From contig NC_068984.1 in NCBI RefSeq assembly GCF_001194135.2, positions 136,827,293 to 136,891,218 of the forward strand: 63,926 nucleotides of DNA, in the 5' to 3' direction. The notes beneath the pieces were generated by a model. That model did no database searches, was not told the origin of the DNA, and was given only the letters and a program-made list of their open reading frames with translations. The position numbers and the translations under genes are program-made. The number at the start of each line of letters is the position of its first letter. Positions within the stretch are counted from its first letter, which is position 1. Below are positions 25,839 to 40,130 of this stretch, piece after piece. Origin of the DNA: Octopus bimaculoides. Lineage: Eukaryota.

Positions 25839-25944
25839 NNNNNNNNNNATGCAGTGGGACTGAACCCAGAACCATGTGGTTGGGAAGCAAGCTTCTTACC
25901 ACAGAGCCATGTCTGTGCGTATATATATATATATATATATATAT

Positions 25945-25981
<37 letters not shown>

Positions 25982-26921
25982 TACACACACACACACACAC
26001 GACAGGCTTCTTTCAGTTTCTGTCGACCAAATTTACTCACAAGGTTTTGGGCCGCCTGAGGCTATAGTAGAAGACACTTGCGCAAGGTGTCACATAGTGG
26101 AACTGAACTTGGAACCATGTGGTTGGGAAGCAAGCTTCTTACAACACAGCCACAATTCTTATCAGAGACTTTCTTGGGTCTGCTAAAGATTTGCAAACCA
26201 TTTTCAATATCCAGGAAATAATCAACCTAACCACAGAGCCATCACATTCAGTTTTTTAATGCATTTTTTTTTCTATACAAAAACATGACATGGTAACAAT
26301 GCTATGTGATTGTTTAATGCTTTCTTTCTTTCTTTGTTTTTTTCTGTTTTGCTTTTTCATTTTTCTCTTCCATTTCTTTTTTATTTTCTCTTTTACTTCT
26401 TCAGCCATGTTTTAGGAGGAAAAAAAAAAGTCCCTTATTGTTGAAATAATTACAACTGTAAATCTTCCCATCACCACCACCACCCCACCACCACTACCAC
26501 CACCACATACATATATGCCAAAAACAAACAAAAAAGAGGGGAAAAAATTTGGTGAAGAGATAGGGAGTCGGATGGAAAATGGTGAGAAGTGAATTTCCTT
26601 AGCTTATTACATCTTTCCTTTCTTTCTCCATCTCTCATCTTCTTCTTCTTCTACTTCATCACCTGCCCCCTCGACTCCACCCCCACCACCTTTCTAATCC
26701 TCCTCTCCACTTACTCAATGGCTGACAAGAAAATACCAATTGGTAACATTTTACCGATTACTTTAAGCAAAACGCAAAGGTGGTTATTTTCTTGAAATAG
26801 AAAAAAGAACAACAAAGACAGCAATAATGACAACGTCGATGACGATGATGATGATGATGATGATGATGATGACGATGATGATTACGATGATGATGAGGAG
26901 GCAGATAATAATAATGATAAT

Positions 26922-26965
<44 letters not shown>

Positions 26966-27208
26966 CNNNNNNNNNNNNNNNNNNNNNNNNNNNNNNNNNN
27001 NNNNNNNNNNNNNNNNNNNNNNNNNNNNNNNNNNNNNNNNNNNNNNNNNNNNNNNNNNNNNNNNNNNNNNNNNNNNNNNNNNNNNNNNNNNNNNNNNNNN
27101 NNNNNNNNNNNCGATGATGATGATGATGATGATGATGATGACGATGATGATTACGATGATGATGATGATTACGATGATGATGAGGAGGCAGATAATAATA
27201 ATGATAAT

Positions 27209-27247
<39 letters not shown>

Positions 27248-27861
27248 AATAATAATATTAAAGAATAGCAAAAAATATAAATTGTCATTTCACCAGTTCG
27301 TTTATTTTCCTTGTCTTGTTTGTTCATGCACCTGCTTTTTCCCCAACTCTCTCTCTCTGTCTCTCTCTCTCTCTCTGTCTCTCTCTCTCTCTCTTTCTCT
27401 TTCTCTCTCTCCCTCTATTTTTCTCTACACTTTCACACACTTTCATCTTACTGCCCCTCTATGTCACACAAAAACTTTCACGCTCATGCACATACACACA
27501 CACACGCTCGCGTGCGTGTGCGCACAAAGTGAAATGCCGGCACGGCTACTACATGTAAAGATGTCCTTCTCTGCAACGACGGAAAATTGTTAAAAATATT
27601 CTGTTGATTTAATATTGTAAACAAACAAATACAAATACAACACAAAAACAATACAAACAAATGTTGTTTCTTTTTCAAGAACAAAAAAAAAAATCATATA
27701 TGGACCTTTAAAAGCCATTTAATAGAGCACTTATAAATTTACGACTCGTTATATACACACACATATTTGCACTCACCCATATGTATATGTACACTCCAAG
27801 ACACACATACATAAATACAGATACATATATATGCATACATATAGATAAATGCAAATCTATA

Positions 27862-27895
<34 letters not shown>

Positions 27896-28102
27896 TATCT
27901 CCCTCTCACTCTCTCTCTATATATATATACATATANNNNNNNNNNNNNNNNNNNNNNNNNNNNNNNNNNNNNNNNNNNNNNNNNNNNNNNNNNNNNNNNN
28001 NNNNNNNNNNNNNNNNNNNNNNNNNNNNNNNNNNNNNNNNNNNNNNNNNNNNNNNNNNNNNNNNNNNNNNNNNNNNNNNNNNNNNNNNNNNNNNNNNNNN
28101 NN

Positions 28103-28134
<32 letters not shown>

Positions 28135-28664
28135 GCCTATATATAGATATACATGGATATATATATATATATGTATGTATATCAGCACATATTTCAACAT
28201 GGAGAATTGTCACTTCCCACTGGAACTGTACATGAGGAATTATGATAAAGAATTACTTTATGATAAAGAATTACTTCCTTATTCAAGAGACACATGTTCA
28301 AAACCTGTCACTGGCAATGAGATGCTATTTTGTTCTTGCTCTGAAGTAAAGAACAAAAAAAAAACCATAAAATACACTTGCCCAATGTGCCATAACATGG
28401 GCCTGAACCCAGAACCATGTGTTTGGAAAGTGAACTTCTTAACTCACACTCATGTAACCTGAGCCAATTCTGCCTGCTAAAACACTGAAAAAACAACAGC
28501 ACACCATAATGGCCTCTGTTCCTCAAATGTGGGTGAACTCATGCCATCTTTACTCATGCATTTGCACCCCTCTCACCTCTCTCTTCTGTTATCGTTTGGT
28601 TTGGGTTTAAAAGTTCAAAGTGGACTAAACCTTTCATATCCCACCAAACAAATAACAACACCTT

Positions 28665-29410
28665 ACATGGGTGAAGACCTTCTTTAGCCTGGGGTGCCGG
28701 TATTTCTCACTTCCTTACCCACTGTTTTCGGTACTTGACATTTTTACAGAGAACCCATTTATCATCACCAGTCACTATTCAGTCCAAAAAAGGTTTATTC
28801 GTGAGACTTGACAGCAAAGAAGAGCACACATTCAGTCTCTGCATGCGATTAAATTTGGTAAGTTTGTAAGGAGCCCATTGACCCAATTTTCTGACTTTTC
28901 CAAAGGCACGCAGGTATCAATGAATGGTTGAATAACCAAATCCAAGCTTCTCTGCTAGTTCCTCAACAGGTACAATGGGATTTTGTTCCATCAGGGTTTG
29001 CAGGGTGTCCTCATCAAGCTCTACAGATCTTCCAGATTGAGACTCTTCTTCCAGGCTGTAGTTTCTGTCTCAGAATTTCTGGAACCACCATTGACCTTAG
29101 CTTACACTTATAGCCTGATCCCCATATACTGCATTAATATTCCTCACACTTTTCATTGTATTGTTGCCTTTATTGAACTCATAAAGCAACATAAGCCAAA
29201 TATGCTCTTCTGTTACTTCTATTAATAGCTTTGAAAAAATAACAGTTAAAATCGAACTGCACTCTTCGAAACTTTCACTAAGAATAAGAAACAAGGTAAA
29301 ATTACTACCTGCTTTTATAGCAAGTTGATACAGATAGTTTACTCTGTCCCACTCCAACTTTTAGATCACGCAATTGAAAAAAACCACATTATTTATGGGA
29401 TGACCCAATA
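28665..29410 (-). mobile_element. Mariner element, left TIR plus 5' half of decayed transposase
   Basis: End TATTGGGTCATCCCATAAATAATG at 29410. Translation EVTEEHIWLMLLYEFNKGNN...VRNINAVYGD...WFQKF...GRSVELDED...LGQWAPYKL...IVTGDDKWVL includes the WVPHEL-like motif and first catalytic Asp; in-frame stops present. Confidence 0.88.
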
Positions 29411-31369
29411 AATTTGTGCTATAGAAAAATTTGCTGTAGGAAATTTTACCATGAAGGAGACACACAAGCAGACTGCAAACTAAACAACTCATATTAATGA
29501 AATTACCTATCTCGAATTGGTAGCTTAGTTGATGAAGTTGCCATTTCAAGAAAATAGCTAATCTTTTTTTCGCAATTTATTCATTCTTTTAAGGTGAATT
29601 TTGCTGCAGCAAAAAATGTTTATGGTGAAATTACATATAACCAAAACAATGACATAGAAGTTATCTCAATAACGCCGACAATGTTTTATGTCTCTTTGTA
29701 AATTCTCCTATTCTCCAAAACAAGAATAAAAAGAAAAGCGTTCCTTTATTTATTCAATCAAATCTATGGAACTTGAAGAATATTCTGTACCCAGACCTTA
29801 CAGTTCAGTGGCTGTTGCTAGGAAGCATATCAAGTCGAAACATATATTAAAAAAAAATAAAAATAAAAAAAAAAAAGGTGGGGAAGAAATTCAACATCTG
29901 AAGCATGTCTTTCGGTGTGCTGAACCATGGCAACAGCCCAAGTGTGACGAAATGAGTCTCATATGAAAATAAGATTGAAAAAACATAGAAAGTCAAATGA
30001 AAACTTGTTACATTAAAATAAAGAACAGCCATAGATTTAAAACTGCTAACACAAGAAACTACTACAAAGGTATTGGAGAAGAGAAAAATCATCACCACCA
30101 TCACCACCACCATCAGTAGCAGCAGCAGTGGCCTCTGCATCTCGAAAGAAATCCTCACATTCTCTTGGTCTATAAACTCTGCTTCAAACATTACATTCAG
30201 CTATTTCCTGAGGACCTTTTTTTCTTTTGCATATTAGGTTTTGAAGAGGTAGTACCTTTTGGCAATGGCAGACCCTCACAGATTAGGGAGATTCATGGCA
30301 TTAGTATTATTTTCTGTTATAGGCACAAGGCTTGAAACTTTGTGGAGAAGAGGCTGGTCACTTGCATCAACCCCAGTGCCCAACTAGTATTTATTTTATC
30401 AACTCTGAAAAGATGAAGGGCAAAGTCGACCTCAGTGAAGTTTGAACTCAGGACATAAAACTGGAAGAAATGCCACAAAGCATTTTGGCCAGTGAGCAAA
30501 CAATTCTGTGAGTTTGCTGCCTTTTTGATGCCATTAATATTCCACTTCATTTCTTGCAAGTCAACACAGGAAAAAAAAAAAAAAAATGAAAGATATGATA
30601 AAAGAGCAGAAAATTCCAAAATTCCATGTGCTCTTTACATGGCACCAGCACAGGTGCATTTTTATGTGGCACCAGCACAGGTGTTCATTACGTAGCAAGC
30701 AATTAACTCTACGAATTCCACCAAACCAGAAAATAGCAAATTAAATCGAACCAAGACAACAAAATCTTGAANNNNNNNNNNAAGCTGGCTCCATGTCAAC
30801 GTATCAGATCTGATGTTCTATAAATGTTTCTCCTTTCACAAGAATAATGTTGTGCACTTCTACGACCATTCCCACCATCCAACCAAACCAACCAACAAAA
30901 CAAAAAGTTCCATTGATTTGGTTCAGTTTGTTTTCTTGGTTGATCGGTTGTCCATTTACTGTTATCTCACAAACTTCTCAAAGCTATGAAATCCTAATTT
31001 TTAATCAACAATTACAACATAAAATACAAAATTTAAAAAGAAAAAAACTTGTTTTTTTTTTTTGTTGGCTTTTTATTCTGCATTTTAATTTTCTATTCTA
31101 ATTTTTATTTATTCATTTATTTATTTCTTTTCTTTTTAATATCTAAATGTTATTTGGATATTAAATATATGTCCGCTTCCATTCAACATGTCATATGCTA
31201 GCCTAGTCATGAGTTATATGATAAACAAGAACCATTTATACGGAAAATGAAAGATAATAGAAAATATGTTCGCACGCACATTAATAACAAAGCAACACAA
31301 GGAATCAGAGAGAGACATTGGTGCCGGTAAGAGTTTGCAAAGGAAAATACATTAAGAACCCAGTCAGAT

Positions 31370-32060
31370 ATATACATGTGTGAACGTCTGTGTGTGTGTG
31401 GTGTGTCTGTTTATGATGCGTCTGTTGTGTGAATGTGTGTCTGTGTAAGTGCATATGTGTGCATGTGTGTGTGTTAATTTGTGTCTGTGTATGTGCATAT
31501 ATTCACAGATGGTATATGTGTGTGTGTGTGTGTTTGCGTGTGAATGTGTATCTGTGTATGTGCATATTTCCCCATGTGTGTGTGTGTGTGTGTGAATGTT
31601 TATCTGTATATGTGCACATATCTCCACGTGTGCATGTGTGTTAATATGTGTTTGTGTATGTGCATATGTCCTCATGTGTGTGTGTGTGTGAATGTCTATT
31701 TGTGTACGTACATATGTCCCCATGTGTGTGTGTGTGTGTGTGTGTGAATGTTTATCTGTATATGTGCATATATCCCCACATGTGTGTGTGTGTGTGTTAA
31801 TGTGTCTGTTGTATGTGCATATATCCCCTTGTGTGTGTGTGTGTGAATGTCTATTTGTGTGTGTGCATATGTCCCCATGTGTGTGTGTGTGTGTGTGTGA
31901 ATGGGTATCTGTGTATGTGTGTATGTCCCCATATGTATGTGCGTGTGTGTATGAATGAGCCTGTGTATGCACATATGATATGTCCCCATGCATGTATGTG
32001 TGTGAATGTGTGTGTATGTGTGTCTTTTGTCTATGTACATGTATGTGTATTCATGTAGTA
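31370..32060. repeat. Degenerate (GT)n-based satellite with a recurring ~40-50-bp unit
   Basis: Repeating TGTGAATGT(C/T)TAT(C/T)TGT...GCATATGTCCCCA(TG)n blocks. Confidence 0.85.
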
Positions 32061-33026
32061 AGAACATTTTCCATTTGTTTCTAATCAGTCATCTTTCTTT
32101 CGGTTTAACATTGAAGTAAACTATTTTTGTTCTCATGTAAAATAACCAAAAAAAACCAACAGAGGATTATTACCTGTATTATGTAAGGTTTACTGCATAT
32201 GTGCTGCCGTTTTCTTCTTTACATGCCATGCCTAAAAGCAAAAACGGTCATGGACTCCCAGGCCCTCTTATTCCACACACAACACATTATAGGGAAGGGC
32301 TTTTTTTCCGATACCTATTGTTAAAACCATCAAGTACCTTATCTCTCTATTTTCACCTGCTTTCTCCTTTCAGTTCTCCAGTTGTCATCAAATGAACCAG
32401 GCTGTTTCTTCTTATATCTTGTCCAATGAATTAAGCCAGTTGGCGCCTAATATTTTTGTAGCTTAGAACCGATATACTGTAGAAATTGTATACTCCAGTC
32501 AAACAGCTTTGTTTCAGTGCATATATCTGCCTTTCTAGCCTGGAGGAATGCTTCAGGTAGCATACTCAGGTAATGATTTCAAATTCCGGCATGAGGCCAG
32601 TAATTCTGAGGGATGGAGAAATTTGATTACATTTACCCCAGTGATCAACAGGTACTCATTTCACTGACCATGAAAGGATAAGAGGTAAAGACAACTTTGG
32701 CAGGATTTGAACATAAAGATGGACAAAACACCAGTAGTTGGCCCAGTGTATTAACGACCCTTCCAACTCACTGCCTTCCACATTATTTTTCTTTGTAGTT
32801 GGGTCGTTGACGACCTCTTTCTAGCATATCGGATGTCCACTTAGTGGTCATCCCTTTTATATGCATGTAATACAATTTTTCTGAATTTTCAGATTTTTTA
32901 TATGCTAGGCCACTGGTTTTAAATTGATGTTCATTAAATTAATATTCAATTTATCACCCTCAGTATATAAATATTAATTTAAATAATTATGTTCTCTAGC
33001 CGGCTACATATATACATACATACATA

Positions 33027-33173
33027 GGTTTTGTTAGTAAATGCTCAAAGGAGAATCTGGATAAACTGGGATTTTCAGAAAGAGAAATTGTCCGGCTGAT
33101 TTGTACATTACAAGTGCAATCTGTGAGTGGAACAGTAGAAATATGCAAGACTTTTCTCAAGTTCCAAATGTGA
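33027..33173 (+). mobile_element. REL-LINE (R4/Dong-like) C-terminal fragment
   Basis: GFVSKCSKENLDKLGFSEREIVRLICTLQVQSVSGTVEICKTFLKFQM*, resembling recalled invertebrate REL-LINE C-termini; no start codon. Confidence 0.6.
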
Positions 33174-33479
33174 ATTTGTCTGTTTTAACTAGATCCCAAA
33201 GATGGAGCCTTGTATCTTTGTTGGAAACCGGTTCCCTCCCTATACATACACACACACACATACATGTATACATACATACATAGAGAGGAAGAGAAAAAGT
33301 GGAGATTGTATGAATACAGCGACAAATAATGATACAAATAAATGGGGAATAAGAGAAAAAAACTTGATTCACAGACAGACATACAGAAATTATAGGAGAG
33401 AAGTAAATTTCTACTACTAGACAAATAGACAAATAGATAGGGTGTTAGAGAGATACATAGACAAGGAGGAATAGGAGAG

Positions 33480-33510
33480 ATAGATGAGGAGAGAAAGAGA
33501 GAGAGGGAAG

Positions 33511-33544
<34 letters not shown>

Positions 33545-33552
33545 GACAGAGA

Positions 33553-33592
<40 letters not shown>

Positions 33593-33604
33593 CAGAGACA
33601 GAGA

Positions 33605-33648
<44 letters not shown>

Positions 33649-33870
33649 GAGAGACAGAGACAGAGAGAGACAGAGACAGAGAGAGACAGAGAGAGAGAAG
33701 AGAGAGAGACAGAGAGAGAGACACAGATAGAGAGAGAGAGACAGAGAGAGAGACACAGATAGAGAGAGAGAGACAGAGAGAGAGACACAGATAGAGAGAG
33801 AGAGACACAGATAGAGAGAGAGAGACAGAGAGAGACAGAGAGAGATATACAGAGAGAGAGAGAGAGATGG
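33480..33870. repeat. (GA)n/(GACA)n compound microsatellite
   Basis: Directly visible. Confidence 0.97.
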
Positions 33871-34329
33871 ACAAACACAAAGATGGACAGAGAATGAAAG
33901 GAGATTGGATAAGAAAATGGCATAATGGAATTGAAAAGTTCTGTGCCAACTGCTGTGGTTTCAGTTGTAGAATTAAGAATTCTTCCTGAATGATGTTGTG
34001 AATATCAATCAGTCATTGTGGGGTTTTTGCTATATCTTAGTTTTAATCAGTCAAAGAAATTCTTTGATGTTGGGTGAAAGGGCAGGACAACCAACAAAAA
34101 CAATGACCCAGTCACAACAACAGCAACAACATGAACAGCGAGAAAAACAACAAGCTGGTGGGGTTGGGGAGAGAGAGCTACTCCAAGTGAGACATCTACA
34201 GACTGCCAACAGGACCAAAACCATCCATTCTCCACCGTCATTTCCCCCCCCCCACCACCACCACCAATGAAGAAGATTCAAAACATGCTTGTTCTAACAC
34301 CTTTAACTTCACAACTGTCATAATCACAT

Positions 34330-34887
34330 AGACACCACCACTATCACACCACAACTGCCATCACAACTACAACCACCACTGTCACCGCTACAACCACCAC
34401 CGTCACCACTACAGCTACCACCATTGGCACTGCAACCACCACCATTACTACTGCAACCAGCACTGTCACTACTACAACCACCACTATCACCACAACCACC
34501 ACCATCACCACAATAACCGCCATTACCACTACAACCACCACCATCACCACAATAACTGCCATTACCACTACAACCACCACCATCACCACTACAACCACCA
34601 CAACTACCACTACGACCACCACAACCACCACCATCACAACTACAATCACCACCATCACCACAACATCAACCACCATTACTACTACAACCAAAGCTGTCAC
34701 CACTACAGCCAACACAATCACCACCACAACCAGCACCAATACTACTACAACCAGCACCAGCACCACCACCACCAGCACCACCACCACCACCATCAAACCA
34801 ACAATACAGTGAAAACAGCCAATATCACCACCACCGCCTTCATCACCGTTCCACAGGGTGGAAGACAATTTAGTAGTAGTAGTAGTG

Positions 34888-34922
<35 letters not shown>

Positions 34923-34930
34923 CAAAGGAG
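34330..34930. repeat. Degenerate (ACN)n trinucleotide region followed by (AGT)n
   Basis: Directly visible. Confidence 0.9.
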
Positions 34931-35677
34931 GAGACCGAGTCTGAAGACTGAAAAGACATAAGATGGATACAGACACTCAAAACAGGTGACACTGTTGATA
35001 TTATGGAGAGAGNNNNNNNNNNNNNNNNNNNNNNNNNNNNNNNNNNNNNNNNNNNNNNNNNNNNNNNNNNNNNNNNNNNNNNNNNNNNNNNNNNNNNNNN
35101 NNNNNNNNNNNNNNNNNNNNNNNNNNNNNNNNNNNNNNNNNNNNNNNNNNNNNNNNNNNNNNNNNNNNNNNNNNNNNNNNNNNNNNNNNNNNNNNNNNNN
35201 NNNNNNNNNNNNNNNNNNNNNNNNNNNNNNNNNNNNNNNNNNNNNNNNNNNNNNNNNNNNNNNNNNNNNNNNNNNNNNNNNNNNNNNNNNNNNNNNNNNN
35301 NNNNNNNNNNNNNNNNNNNNNNNNNNNNNNNNNNNNNNNNNNNNNNNNNNNNNNNNNNNNNNNNNNNNNNNNNNNNNNNNNNNNNNNNNNNNNNNNNNNN
35401 NNNNNNNNNNNNNNNNNNNNNNNNNNNNNNNNNNNNNNNNNNNNNNNNNNNNNNNNNNNNNNNNNNNNNNNNNNNNNNNNNNNNNNNNNNNNNNNNNNNN
35501 NNNNNNNNNNNNNNNNNNNNNNNNNNNNNNNNNNNNNNNNNNNNNNNNNNNNNNNNNNNNNNNNNNNNNTATATATATATGTATGTATATATATGTATAT
35601 ATGTATATGTATATATATATATATGTATATATATATATACATACAAACCTATATATACATATATGTATATGTGTGTG

Positions 35678-35716
<39 letters not shown>

Positions 35717-36374
35717 GTGTGTGTGTGCATGTATACATATATATCATATTTAAACATACACATATAAGTGTATTTAAATTTATACACACAGTTTGTGTGT
35801 GTGAGTGTGTGTAACTGGCTTCGGCTGCAACTGTCCTGTAATAAATTTTATTTCTTTTCTGTTGTGTTAGTTTAGTTTCTTTTGTTTTGTGTGACTATTG
35901 TTGTTGTTGTTTTTGCTTATCTTCCTCCAGTGAACTGTTACCACAAGGGGAACACGGTGGGACAGACACAGAGCCGGTGCCCCACGCCCCCCGATCCCTT
36001 CCTGCAGACAGACGGGGGGGGGGAAAGAATACAGAAGGGATAATGAATAATAGTCAATGCACGCACACACACACACACGATTGTACACACCACAACTACA
36101 TGTGTATGAGTGTGAGTACATTCTCATCATCACCACCACCATTACAACCAGCAACACCAACACCACCACCACGACGTTTATATCAATTTTTCCTTGCTTG
36201 GAAGAGTTGGACAGGTCAAGTCCAAACTAGTGTCTTGCCACGGGGGGCGGGGTTTGCAGTCACTCATCATCGTATCCAAAAGGTTCAACATCCTAATATC
36301 AACAACCTTCACCACTTCCTTCCCTGTCTTCTTCTTCTTCTTCTTGTATTGTTTATCATATCATTCATTACCTA

Positions 36375-36620
36375 ACTGTCACCTTCCATGTGCATCACAC
36401 GTCTGGGCCAGTACCATCTTCTCCATTTCACACCACATCTAACTCCTCACATATCCAGGTTTTACTCTCAGCTCATTTAGGTTCCATATTTATGTGGGAC
36501 AGCCATGTATCTTCCCTATAACAAGGCACATGCTCTTGTTACCCTATCACATTTTTTCAATTCCCAACACCTGACACAAAGCTACACTCTCATCTTAAAT
36601 ACCACCACTCTACCCCATAT
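36375..36620 (-). mobile_element. Degenerate RTE LINE 3' fragment
   Basis: Minus strand shows a frameshifted version of the RCGV...RLRWYGHVMRM block; heavily decayed. Confidence 0.5.
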
Positions 36621-36923
36621 AGATATGTGCTTCTTTCCATTTTCCTTTTCGCATTCACAAACGAAGTGAAAGAAGAAAGAGTATAACCATGAAGGGGGGA
36701 AACATGTAAACAGCAGTGGGAAGATGTTAGGGAGGGAGTAATGGAAGCAAGACTGTGATAGTTACACCACACCATCTGGGCAATGAGACAACGAAAGAAG
36801 TTATCCTCACCACCAGAACAGTTCTCAGCTCCCAGTCAAACAAACCACTGTCCTTTCAGCACATTTATAGAGAATGCCTTTCAGGAGTGACTAAGAAACT
36901 AGTGGTCCTCACTATTTCAAAAA

Positions 36924-37074
36924 ACAGTATTTTAATGTGTATAAGAAAGCCCTAATTTTGGGGGGCTTAAAATTTGGAAAAAAAGGTTTTGTAAGGGATT
37001 ATAATGCTATCCATGTATAAGAAACTCCCATATTTTGACAAAATAGGGTCCCTTATACATGTTAAAATATGGTA
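36924..37074. mobile_element. Short pogo/Tigger-like MITE
   Basis: Imperfect inverted ends ACAGTATTTTAATGTGTATAAG and CTTATACATGTTAAAATATGGTA, resembling TACCGTATTTT..TATAAG termini. Confidence 0.5.
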
Positions 37075-37327
37075 AAAATGACATTTTTCTCAAAGATTGA
37101 AAATCTGATCATCAGAAACATATTCAGTACCTTTGAAATACAGGTACAACAGAAACAGGAAGAAAGAGTGAGAGAAAGTGGTGGTGAAAGAATACAGCAG
37201 GGTTCGGAGCCACATGTAGCTTTAGGTGTTTTCACTCAATAAACACTCACAACGCCCGGTTTGGGAATCGAAACCACAATCCTATGACCATGAGTTCGCT
37301 GCCATAACCACCAGGCCATTGTGCCTC

Positions 37328-37359
<32 letters not shown>

Positions 37360-37911
37360 CATGTGCACACAGATACAGTCCTAATCACATACACACACAC
37401 CTACACCTATTTATATGCATATACGTATATTTTGGGACATTCTCAGCACCATGTATGCTTCTGCAAAAAAAACAGAAAAACCAACAAATCTATACATTTG
37501 TGTTCGTGTGCATATCTATGCACCCAGAGAAAGTAAGCGCCATCGTCCACTTCAGCATTGGTGAAGAGGCTAATCTAATGAAAGACCATTAGATTTAATG
37601 TCCAGCAACAGACGGCTGATGAAATGAAGAATGTCCTGGAGATAATTTCAAAAATAGCCATAACAATAACAGTAAAGCCTTGAAATAGCAATGAACAGAG
37701 ATTAGGGGGTGGGGAAAGAGAATAGGGGAGAAAACAGTATTGGTAGCTGCGAGAGGATATTGGAGATATGGAGGAATTGTTACATCAACAATGTCACTCT
37801 TAATGACACTTGTGTATTTCCAGATTGCTATGGTGGAGAAGAATCCTTGATTTCTCAAAGCAAACAATACAATACAGTAAGAAGATTAGCTGTGGTTCAC
37901 AGTCAGCCTTG

Positions 37912-38072
37912 CTGAGGCTAGAAATGAAAATGAGGCTAGAAATGAAAATGAGGCTAGAAATAAAAATGAGGCTAGAATGAGGCTAGAAATAAAAATGAGG
38001 CTAGAATGAGGCTAGAAATGAAAATGAGGCTAGGAATAAAAAGGAGGCTAGAAATGAAAATGAGGCTAGAAA
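37912..38072. repeat. 18-bp minisatellite with 11-bp deletion variants
   Basis: GAGGCTAGAAAT(G/A)AAAAT, about 10 units, two shortened to GAGGCTAGAAT. Confidence 0.9.
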
Positions 38073-39078
38073 CTCTTGTAAGCATAGCTACTAGCACCAT
38101 TGCTGATTATGACCACCACTGCCAATTACCCTCATCGACCCCAGTGTGCAACCGGTACTTATTTTATCAGCCCCGAAAGGATGCAAAGCAAAGTTGACCC
38201 TGGCATAACACAGTTCTTACAAACACAACTTTACCATGGGGCCATTTTCAAACTGCATTTTGCTCATATTGAAACGCTTAACATGAGAAGAAGGGGAGGC
38301 AACCTAAGTGACACTCACACCATGTGTGCACTTCTCACTTGATAATGTTTGAATCTGTGCGTAAGTGTCAATGTTATTACTGTTGTTGTCGTTGCTGTTC
38401 TCGTCACCTAGTAAATTCACAAGATCACTTCATAAACTATGTATTTCTAAAACCACAAGTTAAATTATATGTCTATTGTTGTAAAGCAGACATGTTACTT
38501 GTTTCCTGCTTCACATTCATAAAATTGTTTGTCATATTAATTTTATTTCTTTCTGCATTGAAAGGCATTGCTTTGTCGACTGGTCACCATTACAAATGCA
38601 GTCAAACCAATAATAGACCGAAATTCAAATAAATTTGAAATAGAGTTGTTTGTTTTTACGAAAAACAAATGAAGAAATAATAAAAACAGTGCCTTGTAAA
38701 GTAGGGCTACGCAAGAAAAAGAAAAACAACAGCATGCAAAAAATATTAATCCAATTTCTCGGAAAACAGGTGTTAATATCGAATGTGAAAGAAGATGTTA
38801 ATATTCATATGACGTCAAATTGAAGCGAAAGAAAAGGAAAAGAAATATTTTATTTCACAAAATTAAAATTCTTTTTGTCTCAATAATAAAATGAAATAAA
38901 ACCGACAAGCCTTGTACAAGGCTTACACATATAAAAATAATATAATCCAATATCTCAAAATCCTTCAGAAAACAACACTCCACAAGTCAATAGTAAGAAT
39001 GAACAAACACGTTTGCTCAGGGAGAAAGCAATAATAGTTATGATGTTGACGACGATGATGATGATGATGATAATTATG

Positions 39079-39136
<58 letters not shown>

Positions 39137-39169
39137 TGATGATGATGATAATAATAATAATAATGACAA

Positions 39170-40130
39170 GAAATTAAAAACGAATGAAACTGAAAATTGG
39201 GCGGGGGAGGTAAAGAAAAGAATGCATGGTCAATTTCATAGAGATGTTGAAGATAAGACAGACAGAGAAAAAAGATGGCTGTAGATGACTAAAAGTGATT
39301 TAAAGCCGGAAGCGGAGGCTCTAATCTGTGCTGCCTAAGAGCAAGCACTAAGAACAAACTACATAAAATACAGAATAGACAACACATCAGAAAGTGATAA
39401 GAGCAGAATCTGTGGACAGAACGGTGAAACCGTATGGAATATTACCAGCCAATGTATGTCACTAGCTCAGAAGGAATATAAGACACGCCACGACAATATA
39501 GCCAGGCTTGTCCATTGGACACTTTTCAACAAGTATGGACTTGACAGAGCAAAAAATTGGTATGAGCACAAACCTGAAGTTATCGTCGAAAACAGAAATG
39601 CAAAGATCCTATGGTATTTTATGATTCAGTGCAACCATGAAATAGAGAACAGGAAGCCAGACATAGTGTTGAGAAAAAAAGTAAACTATGTTGGATCATA
39701 GATATAGCATGCCTAGCTTACAACAAGGTATGCGATAAGGAAGAAAGAAAAGTCAAGAGATATGACAGGTTAGCTTGGGAAGTTAAGCAGTTGTGGTCGA
39801 TGAAAAAGGTAGCAGTAGTACCAATAATTGTCAGGGCCCTGGGAACAGTGAGCNNNNNNNNNNTTGTGGTCGATGAAAAAGGTAGCAGTAGTACCAATAA
39901 TTGTCAGGGCCCTGGGAACAGTGAGCAAAAGTCTCGAGAAGTACGTGGAACAAATAGGGGCTGCAATAAGGGTGGAGCACTTGCAGAAAACAACACTACT
40001 TGAAACCACTTGAATACTCTGGAAGGTGCTCGAAAAATAAGAGGTGTTACCTTAGTTCACTGGTAGTGGACAGCTGACAATGTCGTACATCTTCAGCATT
40101 GTTATGAGATTGCATGAAGCTTGTAGATGA
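39170..40130 (+). mobile_element. R4/Dong-clade LINE, 5'-truncated
   Basis: MHGQF..., LK.E.EALICAA*EQALRTNYIKYRID..., RICGQNGETVWNITSQC, LAQKEYKTRHDNIARLVHW, KILWYFMIQCNHEIENRKPDIV (PD-D/ExK), PIIVRALGTVSKSLEKY; preceded by a long (TAA)n tract. Confidence 0.92.

Noticed and set aside
26830-27245. Apparent ~135-bp duplication across an N gap
   Set aside because: Identical sequence either side of a gap is typical of unmerged contig overlap.
38006-38075. MRLEMK repeat peptide
   Set aside because: 18-bp minisatellite with frame-breaking 11-bp variants.
38225-38265. Minus-strand ENGP motif like the PNPT1 KENGPVV linker
   Set aside because: Wrong order (downstream of the KH exons) and no surrounding similarity.
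39791-39926. Exact 63-bp tandem duplication inside the R4 LINE
   Set aside because: Copies flank a 10-N placeholder gap (39854-39863); assembly artefact. The third unit at 7125 is probably the same kind.
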